This document shows, piece after piece, positions 39,821-51,760 of a stretch of 64,000 nt of DNA (positions are counted from its first letter, which is position 1; every line of letters starts with the position of its first letter). Below the pieces are notes generated by a model that worked only from the letters and a program-made list of their open reading frames with translations, had not been told where the DNA came from and searched no databases. A program made the position numbers and the translations under genes. Origin of the DNA: Mobula hypostoma (Eukaryota); assembly GCF_963921235.1 (NCBI RefSeq), contig NC_086108.1, positions 67,086,001 through 67,150,000 of the forward strand, read 5' to 3'.

Positions 39821-40099
39821 CATATCACAGTTTCCTCAATAATTTAGAAATTTTGAATGTGTGCCCTTTTTTTCCATATATCACCAAAATTTATTTGAGA
39901 ATTTAGCTACCTTGCTATTGAAACCTTATTTCAATACTCTAGAAATAATACTGAAACGTGATTTCACTCCGTCATTCATGCTTGCCTAAACCCATCTATT
40001 TATATAAGTGGAAGTGGACAATGGGAAGATGGACACAGGGAACCTGGGAGATGGGCTTGAAAACTTTGGAAACAATAGTCAGAGAAGCAAAAGTGACAT

Positions 40100-41710
40100 T
40101 CAAAGAATCATGAAAAAAATGCAGTACAAAAAAGGCCCTTTCGCACATCTAGTCCGTGTCAAACTTTTAATCTGCCTACTCCCATCAACCTGCATACGGA
40201 CGATAACCCTCCATACCCATACCATCCACGTGCCTATCCAAACTTGTCTTAAGCATTGAAATCGAGCTCGCACACACCACTTGAGCTGGCATTTGCCACT
40301 TGCACTTCCACGTGTGTGGAACACTGAGTGAAGAAGTTCCCTCTCATGTTCCACTTAAACTTTCCACTTTCACCCTTAACCCATGACCTCTAGTTGTAGA
40401 CCCATCTAACCTCAGTGTAAAAAGCATGCCTCATTAACCCTATCTATATCCCTCATAATTTTGTATATCTCTATCAAATCTCCCCAGGAACTTCTACATT
40501 CCAGGGAATAAAGTCCTAACCTATTCAATCTCTCCTTATAGCTCAGGTTTTCCAATCCCAGCAGTATCCTTGTAAATTTGGTCTGTGCTCTTTCAACCTT
40601 ATTTACATTTTCCTGTAGGGAGGTGACCAGACATGCACACAATACTCCAAATTAGGCCTCACTAATGTCTTATACAACTTTCATATAATATCCCATCTTC
40701 TGTACTCAATACTTTGATATACAAAGGCCAATGTGCTAAAAGTTTCCTTTATGACCCTATCTACCTGTGATGCCACTTTCAATTATTTACCTGTATTCCT
40801 TTGTTCTACCGCACTCCTCAGTGCACTACTGTTCACCGTGTAAGACCGACCCTAGTTGGTCCTACTGAAGTGCAACACCTTGTACTTACCTGCATTAAGT
40901 TCCATCTGCCATCTTTCAGTCCATTTCACCATCATCCAGAACTTTGATATAGATGACAAACAACAATGGACCCAGCACCGATCCCTGCAGTACTCCATTG
41001 ATCAAGGGCTTTCAGTCAGAGAGGCAACCACCTACTACCACTCTCTAGCTCCTCCCACAAAGCTAATGTCTAATCCAATTTACTACTTCACCTTGAATGC
41101 CAAGCAACTGATCCTTTTTGACCAGCATTCAATGCAAGACTTTATCAAAGGTCTTGATGAAGTCCATGTTGACAATATCCACTGCCTTGTCTTCATCAAC
41201 TTTTCTGGCAATTTCTTCAAAACACTGTATAAGATTAGTTAGACATGACAGCCATGCACAAGCTATGCTAATTAATCAGTCCATGTCTTTCCGAGTACTC
41301 GATACATCTGGTCTCTTAGATTACTTTCCCACTGATGATGTCAAGCTCACAGGCCTATAATCTTCCTGTTTTTTAGAGCCATTTCTGAACAGCGGAACAA
41401 CATTAGCTCTCCTCCAATCCTCCGGTGCCTCACCTGTCGCTAAGGATAATTTAAATATCTCTGCTAGCGCCCCTGCAAGTTTTGCACTTGCCTCCCACAG
41501 GGTCTGAGGGAACACCTTGTCAGGCCCTGGGGATTGATCCACCCTAATGTGCCTCGTCTGGAAACAATTCCTTCTCAGTAATCTGTTTAGGGTCCATGAC
41601 CTGGCTACTGCTTTGCCTTACATCTAAAGATTCTGTCAGTCTCTTGAATAAATTCAGATGCAAAAAATTCAATTTGGGTTTCTCCCTCATCCCTTTTGGC
41701 TCCACACATA
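40100..41710 (-). mobile_element. CR1 LINE fragment (RT and 3' end)
   Basis: Peptides SPGPDKVFP..YRPVSLTSSVGK and ERAQTKFTRILLGL. Confidence 0.9.
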
Positions 41711-41949
41711 GAATTCTACATTATAAAAAGAATCTATCAAATATTCTGTAACTTTTCTATCTAAGGCATTGGATGTTGCAACCAGACTGATTCCCTTATG
41801 AGGTCCCAGGAGATGTTTCTTGCCCTGTAGAGTTGAAAATAGCTCCGAGTATGACTCAGGTAATGTCTTTTAATGATAATAGTTAACAGTTATGAAACCT
41901 ACTGAAAGCTGTCAGCAGCTTATCATAATGTCAATATTATTACCCAGAG

Positions 41950-42218
41950 CCCGGACTGACACCAACCTACAGCCCTCTACTGTGCCTATTGTCTTGTTTA
42001 TTATTTATCGTAATGCCTGCACTGTTTTGTGCACTTTATGCAGTCCTGGGTAGGTCTGTAGTCTAGTGTAGTTTTTGTGTTGTTTTTACGTAGTTCAGTG
42101 TAGTTTTTGTATTGTTTCATGTAGCACCATGGTCCTGAAAAACGTTGTCTTGTTTTTACTCTGTACTGTACAAGAAGTTATGGTTGAACTGACAATAAAA
42201 AGTGACCTGACTTGACTT
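41950..42218 (+). mobile_element. Short LINE-type 3' fragment with (TGACT)n tail
   Basis: Ends caataaaaagtgacctgacttgactt. The body resembles a Rex 3'UTR. Confidence 0.55.
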
Positions 42219-42786
42219 AATTATTTTTAATTACTTAGTTCATTATTACTTTTATTATTATCTGATTATTATTTAGATAATTATTCAAATCACCTGTCCT
42301 ACTGTTTTGCTATGTTTTACTAGAAGATGAAAGAAAGCAAATCTTGTCCGGTAATAAATGGGCTACCAATTCATTCTCAGCCCAAACTCATGCTGTTGTC
42401 TCCATATGAGTTTACCAACAATTTCTCAACAATACAGTACACAACTTATGGGTTAATTCTTTCCCAGATAATTGTTTTGGAATTTAAACAACGATTCAGA
42501 ATGGAAGGATATCTGCTGTCTGCTATCACTCATGAAAGGAGAAGTGAAGCCATTGTCTTAAAATATCTTAATAGTGTTATAAGAACACTAAGATCTGAAA
42601 ATGTACTCATAATACAGTGAATTCCAGTTAATTGGCCCATTGGCTAATCAGAACAGCTACTTATTTGAGACAACTCATAACGAACTAGAACTAATCGAGA
42701 ATATAGTCGAGATTTCCTTCGTTAATTTGGGTCACTATGCTGTTTGATTGGGGCAACAATTGTTGAACAGTTTCTAACTAGCACCA

Positions 42787-45700
42787 TAAACAAGATAAAA
42801 TCTACAGATCAAAGGTCTCTAAGGTACATTTAGTGTCAGAGAAATGTATACAATATACATCCTGAAATGTGTTTTCTTCACAACCATCCACGAAAACAGA
42901 GGAGTGCCCCCAAACAATGAATGACAGTTAAATGTTAAAACCTCAATGTCCCCCCTCAGCTCCCCTCCTGTGTGTAAGCAGCAGCAAGCAACAATCCCCC
43001 CCCACTAGCAGAAAAAAAGCATCAGCACCTGCCACCAAGCACTCAAGCGTGAGCAAAACAACGACAAAGACACAGACTTGCAGTACTCCAAAGACTATTT
43101 GTTCACACAGTATTCGACATACCACAGGCTCTCTCTCTCTCCCTAAGAGGTGTCTCATTTCCCAGCGAGAGGGGAGGCATAACAAACAACTCACTGTTTT
43201 ACAATGTTAAAAGTCCGTTGCATCACTTTTTCCGAGCTCTGTGCCCAAAGATCTCAGGTCTCTGGGCACACAGCCTTAGAGATCTTCCTTCTCCCATGAC
43301 ACACCGATCTTCTGCCCCGACACCAACCTTCGATCCGCCCATCTCCAGAGCTACGAGATCTTGGCCTTCCGAAGGCGAGCTGAGCTCTTAGGCCGAGTCC
43401 TTGGCGTGCCAAATAACGGCCAGTCGTGAAATCCCGAGAGCGGGTCCCATTCCTGCAAAGAACCGTTGTCAGCCTGTAACTCCAGGTCAGGGAGTTCAAA
43501 AGGGAAAAACAGAGAAATTAAAGATGGAAATAGAGCTGTTTCTGAAGATGCAAGCAGAGGAGTCGCCGTTAGATGCCATTAATCCTCCTAAGTTCCTCCA
43601 AGTAACACACACAAAATGTTGGAGGAACTCAGCAAGCTAGGCAGCATCTATGGAAAAGAGTGCAGATGAAGTTTTGGGCCGAGACTCTTTGGCAAGACTG
43701 AGGAGTACATTTAAAAGGTGGGGGGGGGGAGGGGAGATAGAAACACAAGATGATAGGTGAAACTTGGAGGGAGAGGGATGAAGTAAAGAGCTGGGAAGTT
43801 GATTGGTGAAAGAGTTATAAGGCTGTAGAAGGGGGGGAGTCTGATAGAAGAGGACAGAAGGCCATGGAAGAAAGAAAAGAGGGTAGGAACACCAGAGGGA
43901 GGCGATGGGCAGGCAAGGAAATAGGGTGAGAGAGAGAAAAGGGGATGGGAAATGGTGTGAGGGGGTCTTTAGTGGAATTTTGAGAAATTGATGTTCATGT
44001 CATCATGTTGGAGGCTACCCAGACAGACTATAAGGTGTTGTTCCTCCAACCTAAGTGTGGCCTACTCACTACAATGGAGGAGGCCATGGACAGACATATC
44101 GGAATGGGAATGGGAAGTGGAATTCAAATAGGTGGCCACTGTGAGATCCCACTTTTTCTGGCGGATAGAGGGTAGGTGATCAGCGAAGCGGTCTCCCAAT
44201 CTACGGTGGGTCTCACCGATATACAGGGTGTCACACCAGGAGTACCAGACACAGTATATGACCCCCAACAGACGCACAGGTGAAGTGTCACCTCACGTGG
44301 TAGGACTGTTTGGGGCCCTGAATGGTAGTGAGGGAGGAGGTGTAGGGGCAGGTGAAGCACTTGTTCCGCTTGCAAGGATAAGTGTCAGAAGGGGGATCAG
44401 TGGAGAGGGGTGAATGGATAAGGGAATCGCATAGGGAACGATCCCTGTGAAAAGCAGAAAGGTGGGGAGGGAAAGATGTGCTTGGTGGTGGGATCCCATT
44501 GGAGATGGCGGAAGTTGTGCTGGACGTGGAGGTTAGTGGGGTGGTAGGTGAGAACAAGAGGAACCCTATCCCTGATAGGGTGGCGGGAGGATGGGGTGAG
44601 AGCAGACGTGTGTGAAATGGAAGAGGGCAGTGTTGATTGTGAAGGAAGAGAAGCCCCTTGCTTTGAAAAAGGAGGACACCTCCTTTGTTCTGGAATGAAA
44701 AGCCTCATCCTGAGAGCAGATGTGGCTGAGATGGAGGGACTGAGAGAAGGGAATGGCATTTTTACAAGTAGCAGGGTGGGACAAGGTATAGTCCAGGTGG
44801 CTGTGAGAGTCTGTGTGTTTGTAATAGACATCAGTAAATAAGCTGTCTCCAGTGACAGAGACAGAGAGATCAAGAAAGGAGAGGGAGGTGTTGGAAATGA
44901 ACCAGATGAATTTGAGGGCAGGGTGGGAGTTGAAGGCAAAGTGGATGAAATTGACAAGTTCAGCATGGGTGCAAGAAGCAGCACTAATGCAGTTGTCAAT
45001 GTAGCATTGGAAAAGCGTGGGATGGTCACCAGTATAGGCTTGGGACACAGACTGTTCCACGTAGCTGACAAACAGACATGCATACCTGGGACCAATGCAA
45101 GTGCCCATGGCAACACCTTTATTTTAAAGGAAGTGGGAGGAGGCAAAGGAGAAATTATTGAGAGCGTTGACAAATTCTGCTAGGTGGAGGGGAACTGGTT
45201 GGTTCTGGTGTCCAGAAGGAAATGGTGAGCTTTATGGTGGTGGATGGAGGTGTTTATGGACTGGGCATCCATAGTAAAAATAAGATGATATGGGCCAGGG
45301 AACTTGAAATCTTTGAAAAGATCCAGAGCATGTGAAGTGTCATGGACGTAGGTAGAAAGGGACTAAACTAGGGGGAATAAAACAGAGTCTAGGTATGCAG
45401 ATAGGAGTTCAGTGGGGCAGGAACAAGCTGAAACAATGGGTCTTCCTGGACAAGCGGGTTTGTGGATCTTATGTACGGGTTAGAACTCGGAGGTGCGGGG
45501 TGCGGGAACTATGAGTTTGGTGGCAGTGGATGGGAGATCCCCAGATCGCCAGAGTCAGTAAGGTTGGTGATGGTGTGGGAGACAATTACCTGCTGTTCCT
45601 TAGTGGGGTCTTTTTCGAGGGGTAAGTAAGAGGAGGTGTCTGAGAGTTGGTGCTGGGACGCAGCAAGGTAGAGGTCAGTACACCAGACTACTGCAGCACC

Positions 45701-45800
45701 TTCCTTATCTGCAGATTTGACGGTGAGGTTAGGATTGGTGTGGAGGGAGTGGAGAGCAGAGCATTTAGAAGGAGTGAGGTTGGAATTGGAGACAGCTATC
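42787..45800 (-). mobile_element. Penelope-like element (RT plus GIY-YIG, decayed), its 3' tail split by another insertion
   Basis: Minus-strand peptides VKSADKEGAAVV, MGTCIGPRYA..YIDN and VIYCVWYSWCDTLYIGET. pLTR at 43597-43970. Tail remnant at 42787-42809. Confidence 0.9.
42810..43596 (-). mobile_element. Non-coding retroposon with a Rex/Babar-like 3' tail, inserted into the PLE tail
   Basis: Minus-strand 3' end atttcaggatgtatattgtatacatttctctgacactaaatgtacc resembles 31950-32000. It interrupts a contiguous PLE tail. Confidence 0.6.
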
Positions 45801-45876
45801 ATCAGTCATGTGTACTTGCATGGCCATCAGACACAATACCATGCTTGAGCAAACAATTTTTAGATAGCAGCAGTTG

Positions 45877-46207
45877 TACTTTATACTTTATACTTCATTG
45901 TCGCCAAACAATTGATACTAGAATGTACAATCATCATAGCGATATTTGATTCTGCGCTTCCTGCTCCCTGGATTACAAATCGATAGTAAATATTAAAAAT
46001 TTAAATTATAAATCATAAATAGAAAATAGAAAAATGGAAAGCAAAAAAAACCGAGATGCAGATCCAGATATTTGGAGGGTACAGCTCAGATCCGGGTCAG
46101 GATCCGTTCAGCAGTCTTATCACAGTTGGAAAGAAGCTGTTCCCAAATCTGGCTGTACGAGTCTTCAAGCTCCTGAGCCTTCTCCCGGAGGGAAGAGGGA
46201 CGAAAGA
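45877..46207 (-). mobile_element. Rex1/Babar-type LINE 3' fragment
   Basis: The minus strand encodes LFRPSSLREK/RLEDS-type C-terminal remnants (LPSGRRLRSLKTRTARFGNSFFP) and has an (AAAGTAT)n tail. Confidence 0.8.
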
Positions 46208-46739
46208 GGGTGCTTGTGTTCAAAAAGCAGTGACTTTTGTCACTGATAGTTGGTGAGAAATAAGAAGTAAGACAATTTAGAACTGTTTTGCTCACTGCGG
46301 CTTTAAGCATTCAGGCTTGGAGATGCCAGAAATGGCCAGGAGCGCAAATAAAATGATTTCACTACTTTAACAGGTTAGAAACTATGGAGAAGTTTTATAG
46401 CACTGCAGTAGTATTGGTAGTGTTTTAGTTTGTTCTGTATTTTATTGAAATAAATAATTTGCTACTCATTTTGTCTTCTTTGTACCTTTTTAAATGTTTC
46501 CATGAAACTTTGGCTGATTGGGGCAGCCATTTAATTGGTCCAAAATGTACTGGTCCCGATATGTATCAGTTAACCGGAATCCACTGTAATTATCTATGCA
46601 AGAAATTGAACTTGAGCTTTGTTTTGATAATACAGTTAATGACCACAAACAATATTTGAAGCAGATCGCTGGCTTACACATCTTAGTCAAATTAATACAG
46701 CCTCCATGCCCAGGCAACATAACATGCTTTGCCACACAG

Positions 46740-48050
46740 AGCAACCTAGAAGCTAGATTATGAAAATAAACTAGCACAAAATATAAAAATGGATTGTAAA
46801 AGTTTTTATAATTATATAAAGCAGACAGGTTGGCTAAAGTGAACATAGGTCCCTTGGAGGACAAGAAGGTGAATTGATATTGGGTAATGAGGAAACGGCA
46901 GAGACTTTGAATGACTATTTTGTGTTGGTCTTCATGGTGGAGGACACGTCAAAGAGAGATGTTATGGAAGCGGTGGGTGGTGATTACCTTGATACAATGG
47001 CTATCACTAAAGAGATAGTGCTGAGCAAACTTGTGGGCCTGCCTCCTTGATCACTATGATCACTGCTTCCTTAGGGTTCCTTTACCTTAAGCTCGCTAAT
47101 CAAATCTGGGTCATTATGTAACACAAAATCCAGAATTGCCATGGGGGGTGGGGGGGTGGGGCGACACTGATTTCCTAATCTACCTGCATATTGAAATTAT
47201 CACAACATTGTCTTCTTTAACAATTGCTGGTGAACTCAGCAGGGCGGGCAGCATCTATGGGAAGAGGTACAGTCGACGTTTCGGGCCGAGACCCTTCCTT
47301 AGGACTAACATTAGTCCTGACGAAGGGTCTCAGCCCAAAACATCGACTGTACCTCTTCCTATAGATGCTACCTGGCCTGCTGTGTTCACCACCAATTTTT
47401 ATGTGTGTTGCTTGAAATTCCAGCATCTGCAGATTTCCTCGTGTTATTGTCTTCTTTACATACCTGTTCTACCTCCCTTTGTAACTTGTAGTCCATATCC
47501 TGGCTACTGTTCGGAGGATTGTATGTAGGGTCAGGGTCTTTTTACCTTTACAGTTTATTAACTTTAGCCACAAGGATTCTACATCTTGCGATGCTATGTC
47601 CCCTCTTTCTCAGGATTTGATTTCATTTTTTACCAACAGATCCACCCCAACCCCTCTGCCTACCTGCCTATTCTTTCAATACAATGTGTATTCTTGAATG
47701 TTATATGCCCAACTATGATCTTCTTTCAGCCACAGCTCAGAGATTCCCACAATATCATACCTACCAATGTCTAATTGCACTACAAGATCATCTACCTTAT
47801 TCTGTATACTGTGTGCTTTTAAATATAGCACTTTCAGTTCTGTATTTGTCACCTTTTTCAATTTTGTCCTGCTATAACACTGCAACCCATCCCACTGACT
47901 GGCAATTTTACCCTATCATCTACCTATCCTTCCTGCCAGTCTCACTACACACTCTGCGCTGTAAACCAGCATCCCTATCCTCAGACCCATCACTCCGGTT
48001 CCCATCCCTCTGCCAAATTAGTTTAAACCCTTCTCTATCACATTTAAAAC
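46740..48050. mobile_element. CR1 fragments: plus strand about 46740-47040, minus-strand APE region about 47040-48050
   Basis: Minus-strand peptide LKVLYLKAHSIQNKVDDL..YDIVGISELWL (APE N-terminus). Confidence 0.8.
47220..47445 (+). mobile_element. Palindromic mini-PLE with back-to-back HHR motifs and 13-bp TSD
   Basis: TSD attgtcttcttta at 47207-47219 and 47446-47458. Symmetry centre aggactaa-ca-ttagtcct at 47309-47310. Confidence 0.9.
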
Positions 48051-48099
48051 AATGAGACCTCGGAAGTATGATCTGCTAGTCCTTTTTGAGTTTAACCTT

Positions 48100-48457
48100 C
48101 TGAAAGGACTAGATAGGGTGGATGTGGGGAGGATGTTTCCTATGATGGGAGGACCCAGAACTAAAGGGCACAGCCTCAAAACTGAGGGGTGATCTTTTAG
48201 AACAGAGGCATGGAGGAACTTTTTTGGTGAAAGAGTTGTAGATCAGTGGAATGCTCTGCCATAGACTGTGGCAGAGGCCAAGTCCTTGGATATATTTAGG
48301 TTGTTAGTTTCCCGAGCGGTTAGGGCATCAAAGGATATGGTGAGAAAGCAAATGTGTGGGTTTGTGGGATCTGGGATCAGTCATGATGGAATGGTAGAGC
48401 AGACTCAATGAGTTGACGCCCTAATTCTGCTCCTTTGTCTTATGGTCTTATGGTTTT
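48100..48457 (+). mobile_element. CR1 LINE 3' fragment
   Basis: Contains LKGLDRVDVGRMFP-type sequence and a (CTTATGGT)n tail. Confidence 0.85.
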
Positions 48458-48459
48458 AA

Positions 48460-51400
48460 GGACTGCAATTTTGTCCTATCATTAGCCTGTCCTTCCTCAC
48501 AGTCTCACTACACACTGCATTTAGTTGTATACCAACTACCCTGTCCTCAGCCCTATCATTCTGGTTCCCATTACCTTGCCAAACTAGTTTAAACCCTCCC
48601 TAACAGCTCTAACAAACCTGCCCCCAAGGATATTGGTCCCTTGGGTTCCGGTGTAACCCATCCTTTTTGTATAGATCATACTGTACCTCCCCTAGAAGAG
48701 ATCCGGAAATCCAGAAATCTGAAACCCTGCGCCACACCAATTCCTCAGCCATGCATTCATCTACAAAGTCATCCTATTCTTAACCTCATTGGTGCATGGC
48801 ACAGGCAGCAATCCAGAGATGACTACTCCGGAGGTCCTTCTTTTCTGCTTTCTACCCAACTTCCAGTATTCTCTCTTCAGGACCTCCTATCCATGTTATT
48901 GGTACTAATAAATACTGTGGCTTCCAGCTATTCACCCTCCCCCTTTAGAATGTTGTGGACCCAATCCTAGACATTTCTGATCCTGGCAACTGGGAGGCAA
49001 TATACTATCCGGGGTGTTTATCTCACATCCACAGAATCTGCTGTCTGCTCCTCTAGTTATGGAATCACCTATCTTTACTGCATTCCTCTCTCTCCCTTCC
49101 CTTCTGAGCCACAGAGGCAGACTCAGTACCAGACATTAGGTCTTCACCTGGTAGATCATACCTACAACAGTATCCTGTCAGGCTCACTGGCCTATAATTT
49201 CCTGATTTATTTTTAGAGCCTTTCTTAAACAACTATCCTCCAATCCTCTCGGACCTCACCTGTTGAGAAGGATGATTTAAATATCTCTGCTGGGGCCTGG
49301 CAATTATCATACTTACCTCCCGCAAGGACTGAGGGAACACTTTGTCAGGCCCTGAAGATTTATCCACACTAATTTGCCTCAGGACAGCAAACACATCGTC
49401 TTCACTGTAAACTGTATCAGGTCCATGAAGTTGATGCTGTTTTGCCTCACCTATATAGACTCTGTGTCCACCTCCTGAATAAACACAGATACAAAAAAAT
49501 TATTTAAGATCCCCACATCTCTTTTGGCTGCATACATGCATTCCCATCTTGATATTCCAGAGGACAAGTATTGTCCCTTGCAATCCTTTTGCTCTTAACA
49601 TATCAAGCAACACACATCAAAGTTGCTGGTGACGAAGGGTCTCGGCCCGAAACGTCGACTGTACCTCTTCCTAGAGATTCTGCCTGGCCTGCTGCGTTCA
49701 CCAGCAACTTTGATGTGTGTTGCTTGAATTTCCAGCATCTGCAGAATTCCTCGTGTTTACGCTCTTAACGTATCTGTAGGATTTCTTAGGATTCTCCTTC
49801 ACCTTGTCTTCTAGGGCAACCTCGTGTCTTCTATAACCCTCCTGATTTATTTCTTAAATGTTCTCTTGCATTTCTTGTACTCCATAAGCACCTCATTTAT
49901 TTCTACCTGCCTATACCTGCTATACATCTCCTTTTTTTCCTTAATCAGATCCTCAAAAGCTTCTGAAAACCAAAGTTCCCTACACCTGTTTTCTTTCCCT
50001 TTTATTCCAACAGGCACATACAAGCTTTGTACTCTCCCACTTACCAAGTGCAATTTTGCAAGAAAACAGCCTGTCTCCATCCACACTTGCCAGATCATTT
50101 CCAATCCATCAAATCTGAATTTTCTCCAATTTGGAATCTCAACTTGCGAACCAGACCTCTCTTTTTACATATCTACTTTGAAACTAACGGCGTTGTGATC
50201 ACTAGATGCAAAATGTTCCCCTATACCAACTTTTGTCATCTGCCCTGAATCATTCCCTCATAGCACACTGCGTATCACACATTCTGTCATTGGGACACGC
50301 ACGTACTAAGTAAGGAAACCTTCCTGAACACATTTGACAAACTCATTCCCATCTAGTCCTTTTATGGTATGGGAGTCCCAGTCAATATGTGGAAAGTTAA
50401 AATCACCTACTATAACAAACCTGTTTCTTGCAACAGTCTGTGATCTCTCTGCAAAATTGTTCCTCTAAATCTCTCAGACTGTTGGGTGGTGTGTAATATA
50501 GCCCCATTAACATGGTCATACCTTTCTTATTTCTCAGTTCCACCTGTAACGCCTCACTAGATGAGTTCTTCAGTCTGTTCTGACTCTGCTCTGCCATGAC
50601 GTTTTCCCTGTCTAGTCATGCTACCCCTCCTCCTGTAATCCTTCCTGCTCTGTCACATCTGAAACAACTGAACCCCAGAATATCAAGCTACAAGTCCTGC
50701 CCCTCCTGCAACCATGTCTCACTAGTGGCTGCAATATCATAATTCCAGGTGCTGATCCATGCCCTGAGCTCATCTGCTTTTCCTACATTACTCCTTGCAT
50801 TGAAATATAGGCAGATCAGGACATTAGCCGCACCATGCTCAACCTTTTGGTTCCTGACTTTGTCTGCGGTCTTAACAATATCTGTCTCTACAACCTCTCC
50901 ACTAACTGTTCTGGCAGTCTGGTTCCCATCACCTTGCAAACCTTTCTGCTAAGATATTAGCACCCTTCCAGTTCAAGTGCAAATTGTCTCTTATGTACAG
51001 ATCCCACCTCCCTGAAAGAGAGGCCATTGATCCTAAAATCTGTCGTCTTCCCTCCTACACTAATTCTTTATCCACATGCTAAACTGCATAATCTTCCTAT
51101 TTCTGGCCTCATTAACGTGTGGCTTGGATAGCAATCCTGAGATCGTAATGCTGGAGGTCCTGTCCATTAACATAGCACCCAACTCCCTGAACTTACTTTG
51201 CAGAACCTCGTCACCATTCCCATCCATGACTTGGTACCTGTGTGGACAATGACCTCTGCTTGTTCACCCTCCCACTTAAGAATGCTGAGGACTCGATCTG
51301 GGATGTCCTTTACCCTGGCACCCAGGAGCCAACATAGCCTCCTGAATGATACAGAATTCATCCAGTTCCATCTCCAACTCTTTAATGCAGAGTGTTGGAA

Positions 51401-51760
51401 GCTGCAGCTGGATGCACTTCTTGCAGGTGTAGTCAACACAGACACTAGAGATGTCCTTGCCTCCCTACATCTTGCAAGAGGAGCTTTCCACATAGCACTG
51501 GCTGCCTATTCCACTTCCCCCTCCTGACAGTCATGCAGGGTGACTTTGGGGTGATTACTGTACCTCCCTGTAGCTCCGATCAATCACTTCCTCATTTTCC
51601 CATATGAGCCGAAGGTCATCCAGTGACAGTTCCATTTCCTTAACACAGCCTCGATGGAGCTGCAGGTCAGTGTACTTCATGCAGATATAGTTATCAGGGA
51701 GACTGGAGGTCTTCAAAAATTCCCATATCTCATACAAGAATCATACCACTAACTCTAGAC
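48460..51760 (-). mobile_element. CR1 LINE 5' regions: ORF1 zinc-finger/leucine-zipper and SGNH esterase, APE endonuclease, start of RT (at least two fragments)
   Basis: Peptides SSLPDNYICMK..ELSLDDLRLI, LGARVKDI..EGEQAEVIVHTGT and CLYFNARSNVGKADEL..SETWL. Confidence 0.85.
49603..49760 (+). mobile_element. Miniature PLE insertion with 30-bp inverted arm and 14-bp TSD
   Basis: TSD gctcttaac(a/g)tatc at 49591-49604 and 49761-49774. The inversion junction is at tga (49630-49632), inside the HHR core. Confidence 0.9.

Larger units (their letters stand above)
42615..46586 (+). mobile_element. Tigger/pogo-derived non-autonomous DNA transposon split into three pieces (42615-42783, about 45800-45875, about 46208-46586)
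   Basis: TA|cagtgaattccagttaa ... ttaaccggaatccactg|TA terminal inverted repeats. Residual W..I...TI.NCFAHCGF motif at 46250-46305. Confidence 0.8.
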
